Shown: positions 26,754 through 35,064 of the stretch, piece by piece
How positions within the stretch are numbered: the first letter of the stretch is position 1
How the letters are laid out: every line of letters starts with the position of its first letter
From: an uncultured Clostridia bacterium
Lineage (GTDB): Bacteria > Bacillota > Clostridia > Oscillospirales > CAG-272
Direction: 5' to 3'
Assembly (NCBI GenBank): GCA_947573405.1
Contig: CANPFW010000004.1
Span: 1-53,915, forward strand
Length of the DNA: 53,915 bases
Notes under the pieces: model-generated
Told to the model about the DNA's origin: nothing
Seen by the model: only the letters and a program-made list of their open reading frames with translations
Databases searched by the model: none
Translations under genes and position numbers: made by a program

Positions 26754-27452
26754 ATGAAAAAAATAACAGCAATTTTGGTTGCCATAATGGTGGTATTTGC
26801 TCTCGCAGCTTGCTCTGAAAATAATAGCAACACCGATCCGGAAACTTCTAAACCTGAAAGTACAGTGGATAACACAAATACAGAATCGAATAAAAACAGC
26901 TCCGACAGTTCACAGACGGATAACGGCAATAACCCGTCGGATAATGACAGTTCGGATACTGCAAAAGTATTGGTTGCATATTTCTCAGCTACCAACACGA
27001 CCGAAGGCGTAGCAAAAACGATTGCCGACAGCCTTGGAGCCGATTTGTATGAAATCACACCGGAACAGCCTTACTCTGCCGCAGATTTGGATTATCACGA
27101 CGATAAGAGCCGCAGCACCATCGAAATGAACGATCCGAATGCCCGTCCCGTCATCTCCGGTTCTGTAGAAAATATGGATCAGTATGACATTGTTTTTATC
27201 GGATATCCGATTTGGTGGGGGCAGGCGCCGAGAATTCTCAGCACATTTGTGGAAAGCTACAGCTTCTCCGGTAAAACTGTTGTACCGTTCTGCACCTCCG
27301 GAGGCAGCGGAATGGGATCAAGTGCAAAAAATCTTGAAGGTTTAACAAGTGGCGCAACATGGCTCTCCGGCACAAGACTGAACGGCGGAGCATCCCGCAG
27401 TTCTATTGTGGAATGGATAGACGAACTTGGACTCGATATCACTGCACAGTAA
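26754..27452 (+). CDS. Lipoprotein flavodoxin
   Basis: Lipobox LAAC, S/N/T-rich linker, VAYFSATNTT, IGYPIWWG, PFCTSGGSG. Confidence 0.9.
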   Translation: MKKITAILVAIMVVFALAACSENNSNTDPETSKPESTVDNTNTESNKNSSDSSQTDNGNNPSDNDSSDTAKVLVAYFSATNTTEGVAKTIADSLGADLYEITPEQPYSAADLDYHDDKSRSTIEMNDPNARPVISGSVENMDQYDIVFIGYPIWWGQAPRILSTFVESYSFSGKTVVPFCTSGGSGMGSSAKNLEGLTSGATWLSGTRLNGGASRSSIVEWIDELGLDITAQ

Positions 27453-27512
27453 ATATATGACAGAGTGTTGGATATCTCGCACTCTGTCATTTGCCGGGTG
27501 AGGTGGTTTACC

Positions 27513-28223
27513 ATGAAACCAAAAATGAAAATAAAAATAGGAATTGATTTTCTGATGACCGTCCTTTTGCTCCTGCTTATGGCGTATCAGGTTGTCGGAG
27601 AGACACTGCATGAGTGGTTCGGTGCAGCAATGCTTGTATTGTTTATTGCGCACAACATTCTGAATATCAAGTGGTACAAAAATCTATTCCATGGAAAGTA
27701 TAAGCCGGTGCGGATCCTCGGAACGATTCTGAACTTGGTGGTTTTAGCTGCCCTTCTGTCCCTCGGCTACAGCGGAATTGTAATGTCCCGGCACCTGTTT
27801 GCTTTTCTTCCTATAAACAGAGGAATGGCACTGGCAAGAGTGATGCATCTCGCAGGCTCTTATTGGGGCTTTGTTCTGATAAGTCTGCATCTTGGGCTTC
27901 ATTGGGGTATGATCATCGGCATGTTTCGTAAACTGACAGGCGGGGAAAAATTGCTTGCTCTCGTGTAGATTTTACGTTTGTTTGCCGCAGCGATTGCCGG
28001 ATACGGTGCTTTCTGCTTTATCAGAGCCGACCTCTTCTCCTACATGTTCCTTCAAAATGCGTTTGCTTTCTTCGACATTGAGAAGAACGCAATTGCGGTA
28101 TTTCCAGAGTATATCACTATGATGGGATTGTGGGTTTGCATCGGCTATTATGCCGCCAAAGGACTCGGAAATTTATCAAATCGAAAGGAGATCAGCCATG
28201 AAATCGTTCACATCGGAGAATAA
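27513..28223 (+). pseudogene. DUF4405-like membrane protein (putative heme-binding) interrupted by an in-frame TAG at 27966-27968
   Basis: HEWFG, H..LN..WY and HLGLHW motifs; the downstream ORF continues in the same frame. Confidence 0.75.
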
Positions 28224-28383
28224 ACCGCTGCCGCCTGAATAGTGAATAGACAGCGCTTCTCCCATCGCCGTATCAGGAGCAAGCTTTGCGATTGCCGTCA
28301 GACTTTGACCTAGTCTTGGTTGTAATATTCCCATATCTGATTCATTAAAAGATGGATTTACACAGTTCAGCAGTTTTTGGCTT

Positions 28384-28503
28384 CATTGATTTCACTTTCA
28401 GTTTGTGCCAATCTGAAAATGAAAACAAGCTGTTGATTCTTGCAAGCATTGAATTGACACTCCGAATGGCATAATTTTCCTGAAGATGCTTTTTATAGGC
28501 GAT
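28384..28503 (-). pseudogene. Fragment of a tyrosine recombinase/integrase N-terminal domain
   Basis: IAYKKHLQENYAIRSVNSMLARINSLFSF resembles clostridial integrase core-binding domains (recall); adjacent to tRNA-Leu 3' end. Confidence 0.6.
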
Positions 28504-28569
28504 GTTCATTATTAAACAAAAACGAGTGTCCTTACAAGGATTCTCAGATCCTATAAGGACACTCCGACT

Positions 28570-28653
<84 letters not shown>

Positions 28654-28726
28654 ATATTATTTTACTTTCCTATTGTATCATATTTGTATGATGCATGTCA
28701 AGAACCTGTATTTTATAATTTACTGA

Positions 28727-28755
28727 TTGACAATTTCGTCTGCTTTCGATATAAT
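28727..28755 (+). promoter_or_regulatory. Consensus sigmaA promoter for folT-folC
   Basis: TTGACA-17 bp-TATAAT. Confidence 0.8.
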
Positions 28756-28796
28756 ATGCATATATGATCTGTTAAAACGGATCATCAATCAAATTT

Positions 28797-28891
28797 GAAG
28801 AGTAAGGAACAGCGCGTGAAGTGCCGTGAGTACGGGGAGTTGACACACGGACGAAAAGCAATGCTTGCGGTGCTGTTTCTGCATCCCGCTT
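28797..28891 (+). ncRNA. THF (tetrahydrofolate) riboswitch
   Basis: AGAGTA..GCGTGAAGTG..GGGGAGTTG..ACGAAAA..GCGG..GCATCCCGC pattern upstream of a folate ECF S-component. Confidence 0.85.
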
Positions 28892-28978
28892 CGAACGGCT
28901 TCGTCAGACGGACAATTATTGTGTTGTGCCTTCTTTCCCTGCCGCGTGAACGCCGGGGTAAAGGAGGTATCTTTATTT

Positions 28979-29524
28979 ATGTCTGCGGAAAAAAAGAATG
29001 TACGGGTCAACATTCGGGCTTTGTGTGCAGCAGCATTGCTGACGGCATGCGCTACTGTGATTGCCTACATATGCAAATCCTTCACCTTAACACCGTATAT
29101 TCGGATTACGTTTGAAAATCTGCCCCTCATTTTAACCGGGTATCTGTTCGGACCTTGGGCTGGTCTTGCGGCCGGTCTTGCATCGGATTTCCTGAATACT
29201 GCCGTAACCTACGGACTTGGTCAGTTGAATCCCATATTAACGCTGGGCGCCGGTATCGTTGGATTTGCAGCCGGGGCAGTTTCAAAGTGGATTTTGCCGA
29301 AACAGGGAACCCTGCAGCTGGCTGTCAGTGTGGCTGCGGCGCATATCACGGGGAACATGATTGTCAAATCTGCGGGAATGATGCTGTATTTCGGAACGCC
29401 GCTTCCGCTGCTTTTGCCGCGTATCCCCCTGTATCTGTGTATTGGAATTGTAGAATTTTTCTTCCTGTTTGTGCTGTTGCGCAATAAGGGAATCAACAAA
29501 GTAGTTGGAGCGATGCGGTCATGA
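28979..29524 (+). CDS. folT: Folate ECF transporter S component
   Basis: RITFENLP..GYLFGPWAG, multiple TM helices; THF riboswitch upstream; folC downstream. Confidence 0.85.
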   Translation: MSAEKKNVRVNIRALCAAALLTACATVIAYICKSFTLTPYIRITFENLPLILTGYLFGPWAGLAAGLASDFLNTAVTYGLGQLNPILTLGAGIVGFAAGAVSKWILPKQGTLQLAVSVAAAHITGNMIVKSAGMMLYFGTPLPLLLPRIPLYLCIGIVEFFFLFVLLRNKGINKVVGAMRS

Positions 29525-30804
29525 TGACATACAAAGAGGCAATTCAATATATTCACTCCATATCCTGGCGGGGCAGCCGTCCGGGACTGGAGCGGATTCG
29601 CGTGCTGTGTGACTTGCTGGGAAATCCGCAGGATAAGCTAAGCTTCATCCATGTGGCGGGAACCAACGGAAAAGGCTCCGTCTGTTCTATGCTTGCAGAG
29701 ATTTACCGGCGTGCCGGCTATCAGACCGGTATGTTTACTTCTCCCTATGTGTATCGGTTCAATGAACGGATGGCGGTGAACGGCACACCTATATCTGACC
29801 GACAGCTTACAGAAATCATTGAAGAGATTCGCCCGCTTGCAGAAAGTATGAAAGATCCGCCAACAGAATTTGAGCTGATTACAGCGGCGGCATTTTTGTT
29901 CTTTTATAAGCAACGGTGTCAAATCGTTATTTTAGAATGCGGCATGGGCGGTCGCCTGGATTCTACCAATATTATTAAGAACTCCGTTGCTTCGGTGATA
30001 ACCAGCATCGGATTGGATCACACTGCCCAGCTTGGGAAAACGGTTGCAGAGATTGCCAAAGAAAAAGCCGGGATTATAAAACATGGCTGCCCGGTTATTT
30101 TGGGAAGCAGTGATGCGGCTGTGCTGGAAGTTGTGCGCGAAAAAGCTGCGCTGGAGGATGCTCCCGTGTATCCGGTCGATTTTTCAAAGCTGCGGATTGA
30201 AACGGTATCGCTGGAGGGAACCCAGTTTTCCATAGTTGGTGAGAAGGATCCTTATTCCATGAAGCTGCTTGGAAAATATCAGCCACATAATGCTATGATC
30301 GCCATTGAGACTGCACGAGTTGTCGGAATTTCCGGAGCGTATATTCATTCCGGGATTGAACATGCGCACTGGCCGGCGCGGTTTGAGATTCTGCGGCGGG
30401 ATCCGCTTGTTATTTTTGATGGAGGACACAATCCTCAGGGAATAGACGCTGTGGCGGAAACAATCGAGCAGCTGTTCCCAAATAAAGTAAATGTATTAAC
30501 GGGTGTTATGGCGGACAAGGAATATGCAGCCATCGTTCGGCGACTGCAAAAAATTGCGGTAAATGTATATTGTGTCGCTCCAGAAAATCCCCGGGCGCTG
30601 CCTGCTGATAAATATGCTGTGGTATTTGCCAAAGCGGGGATTCCTGCAAGACCGGTAGAACGGATGGAGGATGCCTTGGAAATTGCATTGGAGAATTCCC
30701 GTGCTATTCACCGCCCGCTTTTGATAGTGGGAAGCTTATATATGTATAAGGACATTTTGGATTCCCTTGAATATTTGGAATTAAAACGCCGGATGCAGCC
30801 GTAA
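29521..30804 (+). CDS. folC: Folylpolyglutamate synthase/dihydrofolate synthase
   Basis: IHVAGTNGKGS, ECGMGGRLDSTN, DGGHNP. Confidence 0.95.
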   Translation: MMTYKEAIQYIHSISWRGSRPGLERIRVLCDLLGNPQDKLSFIHVAGTNGKGSVCSMLAEIYRRAGYQTGMFTSPYVYRFNERMAVNGTPISDRQLTEIIEEIRPLAESMKDPPTEFELITAAAFLFFYKQRCQIVILECGMGGRLDSTNIIKNSVASVITSIGLDHTAQLGKTVAEIAKEKAGIIKHGCPVILGSSDAAVLEVVREKAALEDAPVYPVDFSKLRIETVSLEGTQFSIVGEKDPYSMKLLGKYQPHNAMIAIETARVVGISGAYIHSGIEHAHWPARFEILRRDPLVIFDGGHNPQGIDAVAETIEQLFPNKVNVLTGVMADKEYAAIVRRLQKIAVNVYCVAPENPRALPADKYAVVFAKAGIPARPVERMEDALEIALENSRAIHRPLLIVGSLYMYKDILDSLEYLELKRRMQP

Positions 30805-30817
30805 TAGTTAGCATGAT

Positions 30818-30852
30818 AAAAAAAGAAGTTTCATATTGAAACTTCTTTTTTG
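30818..30852. terminator. Bidirectional terminator between folC and the TM2 gene
   Basis: AAAAAAGAAGTTTCA-TAT-TGAAACTTCTTTTTT. Confidence 0.8.
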
Positions 30853-30854
30853 TA

Positions 30855-31256
30855 TTATACATAATATGGATTCGGTTTTGTGAGAATTACAATAAAATCT
30901 ATAATTGCGCCTATGCCAAATAGTCCGCCGGTGAAAATATACAGGATGCCAAGCCCGACTTTCCCTTCATAAAATTTATGACCGCCCACAACCCCAAGAA
31001 AGAAGCAGAGTAAAAGTGCAACCCATTTGTTTTTTGCTCTGCCGGCTGCGCCTCCAATAATGTTTGCGTTTACATTCGTGTTAGCGTTGCTGTTGTTGAT
31101 GACGATATTCGGCTGGGCTTGTTCTCCCTTCAATTCTTCCACTTGCCGCCCGCACACGGTGCAGATAACTGCATCTGCCAGTATTTTCGAACCGCAGTGT
31201 TTGCAAAATTTTGTATCCTGTGCTTTTTCCGATTGAATTTCTGCTGCATGGTCCAT
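30855..31256 (-). CDS. Zinc-ribbon + TM2 domain membrane protein
   Basis: FCKHCG..CTVCG; KNKWVALLLCFFLG..GGHKFY.GK. Confidence 0.85.
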   Translation of the reverse strand: MDHAAEIQSEKAQDTKFCKHCGSKILADAVICTVCGRQVEELKGEQAQPNIVINNSNANTNVNANIIGGAAGRAKNKWVALLLCFFLGVVGGHKFYEGKVGLGILYIFTGGLFGIGAIIDFIVILTKPNPYYV

Positions 31257-31414
31257 ATGCATTCTCCATTTCCCCGTTTTATAACGGTAAATCATTAGTA
31301 ATAAGGAAGCTTTCTCCCCAGTTTTTCATTATTTTAACACATAAGTATTCATTTGTCAACATATGTGTTCAATAAATGAAACGATTTGACATAGAATAAC
31401 ATAGAGGTGACGAT

Positions 31415-31660
31415 ATGTATATTCCTATGCTGGATCCGATAAAGGTTGGGAAGGTAATTGCATTTTTTCGACAGCAAAAAGGTATGTCGCAGGAGGTTTT
31501 AAGCGGTCTTGCAGATATTGGAAGAAGCCATTTGAGTGCGATTGAACGTGGGGAGAGAAAACCGACGTTGGAAACGCTTTACAGAATTTGTAGTGCATTA
31601 GATATTAAGATGAGTACGGTTATTATGAAGTTAGAAGAGGAATTAAATAAAAATTTATAA
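31415..31660 (+). CDS. XRE-family HTH transcriptional regulator
   Basis: GMSQEVLS..IGRSHLSAIERGERKPTLETL. Confidence 0.9.
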   Translation: MYIPMLDPIKVGKVIAFFRQQKGMSQEVLSGLADIGRSHLSAIERGERKPTLETLYRICSALDIKMSTVIMKLEEELNKNL

Positions 31661-31667
31661 ATTTTGG

Positions 31668-31696
31668 AGACCTTCCCATTCGGGAAGGTCTTTTTA
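31668..31696 (+). terminator. Intrinsic terminator
   Basis: AGACCTTCCC-ATTC-GGGAAGGTCT-TTTT. Confidence 0.75.
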
Positions 31697-31885
31697 TTAG
31701 GCTATACCACATCGAATATTGCAGACGAAAAAGGGGCCGTGCTGGAACACTTTTTTTATTTCCAATTCCCATTAAATTTATGCAAAACATGTATATTTTC
31801 ATCAGCTTTGGCAATGCTAACGGATGAAATCAAACAAAAGTCGGGCGGATCATTCCGGCGGCTATTTGGAAAGGATACAGAAAAG

Positions 31886-33211
31886 ATGAAACGATTTTTT
31901 GCACTGCTTATTACGCTTGTTTTAACAGTCTCTCTTTTTGCTTCCTGCGGAGTACGGGATAAGGATAAGGATGCAGACGGCAAAACGGTGTTGAAGGTTG
32001 CTGTGTTAGAGTCTGCATATGGCAAAAAAATGTGGGAGGACGTTGCGGCAGCTTATGAAGCGGATCACCAGGATATTAAAATTGAACTGACCGCGGAGAA
32101 AAATCTGGAGGATGTGATCGGATCTAAGATGAAATCCGGCGATTATCCGGATGTGGTGCATCTTGCGACAGGCAGGGAAGCAGGACTCACAGAAACAATG
32201 GTTCGGGAAAATTCCCTGGCGGATATTTCCGACATACTCGATGAAAAAGTGTTCGGTGAAGAAAAGACAGTGAAGGAAAAACTGATTGACGGTTTTACGG
32301 ATACTGCAGCTACCCATCCGTACGGAGACGATAAAATGTATATGGCGCCCATGTTTTACGGTCCCTGCGGTCTGTTCTATAATGCAGCATTATTTGCAGA
32401 AAAAAACTGGAGCTTGCCGACAACCTGGGATGAAATGTGGGAATTGGGGCAGAAGGCAGAGGCGGAAAATATTGCTCTCTTTACCTATCCTACGGCTGGA
32501 TATTTTGATGCCCTTATATATGCGCTTCTTTGCGAGACCGGCGGTGTGGATTTCTATAACGACTGCATGCAGTATAAAGAAGGGGTGTGGGACGATAAAG
32601 ATGCAAGGGAAGCATTGGATATCGTTGCCCGCCTTGCATCGTATACCGAACCCACAACTGTGGCAAATGCCAACAATGACAACTATCTGAAAAACCAGCA
32701 GCTTGTTTTGGATAATAAGGCATTGTTTATGCCCAACGGAACATGGGTTTCCGGAGAAATGGCAGACGCCCCCAGAGTGGAAGGCTTCGAATGGGGATTC
32801 ATGGCGCTTCCTGCGATTGAAAGCGACAAAGACCGCTATTCCTATACCTATTTTGAGCAAATTTGGGTACCGGAAAACGCAGATCACAAAGATGAGGCAA
32901 AAGATTTTATCGCATATTTGTATTCCGATAAAGCAGTAAAGATTTTTGCCGAATCCGGTGCGATCCAGCCGATCCAAGGCATCAGCGATATGCTGGAGGG
33001 TGAGAACAAGCTGTTCTACAGCATTTACGATACAGGTGCAAAAGCAGTTATGGGCGGATTTGCCGCAACCGATCCTGTAGAGGGTGTGAGCATGGTGGAC
33101 ACTTTGTTTGGTACGGTCAACAGTATTGTGTCCGGTGACAAAACAGTTGATGAATGGCAGGAAGCGATTGGAAAAGCCAGCGACAGTTTGCGAAAGGCCT
33201 TGAAGAAATAA
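31886..33211 (+). CDS. Carbohydrate ABC transporter substrate-binding lipoprotein (GNB/LNB by context)
   Basis: Lipobox FASC, PTTWDEM, MPNGTW; upstream of permeases and GH112. Confidence 0.88.
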   Translation: MKRFFALLITLVLTVSLFASCGVRDKDKDADGKTVLKVAVLESAYGKKMWEDVAAAYEADHQDIKIELTAEKNLEDVIGSKMKSGDYPDVVHLATGREAGLTETMVRENSLADISDILDEKVFGEEKTVKEKLIDGFTDTAATHPYGDDKMYMAPMFYGPCGLFYNAALFAEKNWSLPTTWDEMWELGQKAEAENIALFTYPTAGYFDALIYALLCETGGVDFYNDCMQYKEGVWDDKDAREALDIVARLASYTEPTTVANANNDNYLKNQQLVLDNKALFMPNGTWVSGEMADAPRVEGFEWGFMALPAIESDKDRYSYTYFEQIWVPENADHKDEAKDFIAYLYSDKAVKIFAESGAIQPIQGISDMLEGENKLFYSIYDTGAKAVMGGFAATDPVEGVSMVDTLFGTVNSIVSGDKTVDEWQEAIGKASDSLRKALKK

Positions 33212-33279
33212 TATTATAAAATAAAAACGGCAGGGCGTTGCCCTGCCGATTCCTTCTAAGGAAAGGGGTAACTGTATCC

Positions 33280-34173
33280 ATGCGAAAACACAAAGGCAGG
33301 CGTGCGTTTCTTACTGCATGTACGGTTCCTGCGCTAATCTTATTTGCTGTTTTCATGTTGTATCCCACTTTGAACATCTTTGTCATTTCCATGTATAAAT
33401 GGGGAGGGTATTCCCTGAATCGGGAATTTGTAGGATTTGACAACTTTGTAAAGCTGTTTTCTGATGCAAAATTCTGGCAATCTTTTCAGAATACAGTGCT
33501 TCTGATTGTGGTTGTAACGGTTGTTACTATGGCGATGGCATTGGCTACGGCAGCGATCCTTACCAGAGAAAAACTGCAGTTTAAAGGCTTTTTTCGGGTG
33601 ATTTTCTATATCCCGAATATTTTATCCGCCGTAGTCATTGCCGCAATTTTTTCTGCTGTATATGATCCCAGCCGCGGGCTGCTCAATACGCTCATATCCT
33701 TCTTTACAGGCGGTGGAACAGCCCCCGTTCTATGGCTGGGAGATCAGAAGGTTGTCATATACAGCATTGCAATTGCAATGATCTGGCAGGCGGTGGGATA
33801 TTATATGGTTATGTACACGGCTGCCATGTCCTCTGTGCCGGAAAGTATGTACGAAGCGGCTTCTCTGGAGGGGGCAGGCAGAGTGCGTCAGTTTTTCACC
33901 ATAACGATTCCGCTGATCTGGACGAACATCCGTACTACGCTGACGTTTTTTATCATTAGTTCCATCAATATCAGTTTTTTGCTGGTGCGCGCTATGACCA
34001 GCGGCGGACCGGACGGTTCTACGGAAGTGTTCCTTAGCTATATGTACAAGCAGGCATATACCAATTCCTCTTATGGATACGGTATGGCGATTGGCGTGCT
34101 TGTTTTTCTGTTTTCCTTTGCCCTGTCCGGGCTGATCAATTTGGTGACCCGGCGGGAGAGTATAGATTTATAA
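33280..34173 (+). CDS. Carbohydrate ABC permease
   Basis: FVGFDNF, YEAASLEGA EAA loop. Confidence 0.9.
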   Translation: MRKHKGRRAFLTACTVPALILFAVFMLYPTLNIFVISMYKWGGYSLNREFVGFDNFVKLFSDAKFWQSFQNTVLLIVVVTVVTMAMALATAAILTREKLQFKGFFRVIFYIPNILSAVVIAAIFSAVYDPSRGLLNTLISFFTGGGTAPVLWLGDQKVVIYSIAIAMIWQAVGYYMVMYTAAMSSVPESMYEAASLEGAGRVRQFFTITIPLIWTNIRTTLTFFIISSINISFLLVRAMTSGGPDGSTEVFLSYMYKQAYTNSSYGYGMAIGVLVFLFSFALSGLINLVTRRESIDL

Positions 34174-34194
34174 TTTTTGCAGCCGGAGGTGTTT

Positions 34195-35052
34195 ATGAAC
34201 AAGGGCGATAAGCTATACCGAATTTTTATTTATATTGTTCTCATCCTGTTTGCGCTGTCTATTATTATTCCTGTAGGCTGGGTGTTTCTTGCTTCTCTGA
34301 AAGAGAATACAGAGTTTTATCAAAATCCCTGGTCGCTGCCTGCCGGACTGTACTTTGCAAACTTTGCACGTGCCTGGCGGGAAGCGCACATGGGGGAATA
34401 TTTTCTCAATTCTGTTATTGTGACAGCCATGGCGTTGGGAATTCTTTTGATAGTAGCGTTGCCTGCGGCGTATGTGCTGGCGCGGTACCGGTTCGGCGGA
34501 CGCAGGCTGATACGCACGCTGTTTATGGGCGGTTTGTTTATAAACGTAAGCTATATTGTAGTTCCGATTTTTTTGATGTTGGTGGACGCCGGCAATCTGA
34601 TCGGATCCCCTATTTTTCTGAACAATCGGTTTGTGCTTGCGCTGGTGTATGCGTCTACCGCGCTTCCGTTTACGATCTATCTTTTGTCAAGTTATTTTCA
34701 GACGCTTCCAAAGGAATATGAAGAAGCTGCGTATGTAGACGGAAGCGGATATATGCAGACAATGATCCGGGTGATGATTCCGATGGCACGCCCTTCTGTT
34801 ATCACGGTGATATTGTTTAACTTTTTATCATTTTGGAATGAGTATATTATCGCACTCACTCTGATGACTCAGGATCGGGCGAAAACATTGCCGGTCGGAT
34901 TGATGAATCTGATGAAAGCCCAGAATGCCGCTGCTCAGTATGGACAGATGTATGCTGGACTTGTGATGGTTATGCTCCCCACGCTGATTTTGTATATTCT
35001 GGTACAGAAAAAGCTTACCCAGGGAATGAACGTTGGCGGACTCAAGGATTGA
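34195..35052 (+). CDS. Carbohydrate ABC permease
   Basis: EEAAYVDG, WNEY, TLPVGL. Confidence 0.9.
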   Translation: MNKGDKLYRIFIYIVLILFALSIIIPVGWVFLASLKENTEFYQNPWSLPAGLYFANFARAWREAHMGEYFLNSVIVTAMALGILLIVALPAAYVLARYRFGGRRLIRTLFMGGLFINVSYIVVPIFLMLVDAGNLIGSPIFLNNRFVLALVYASTALPFTIYLLSSYFQTLPKEYEEAAYVDGSGYMQTMIRVMIPMARPSVITVILFNFLSFWNEYIIALTLMTQDRAKTLPVGLMNLMKAQNAAAQYGQMYAGLVMVMLPTLILYILVQKKLTQGMNVGGLKD

Positions 35053-35064
35053 GGGAGAAAGTAA

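Larger units (their letters stand above)
26308..28569. mobile_element. Decayed genomic islet between two convergent tRNA 3' ends
   Basis: Hairpins next to both tRNAs; regulator remnant, nonsense-split gene and integrase-like fragment inside. Confidence 0.6.

Noticed and set aside
27966-27968. Pyrrolysine or stop-codon recoding
   Set aside because: No pyl genes here, TAG terminates other genes normally (e.g. 15713, 51871), and the gene lies in a decaying islet.
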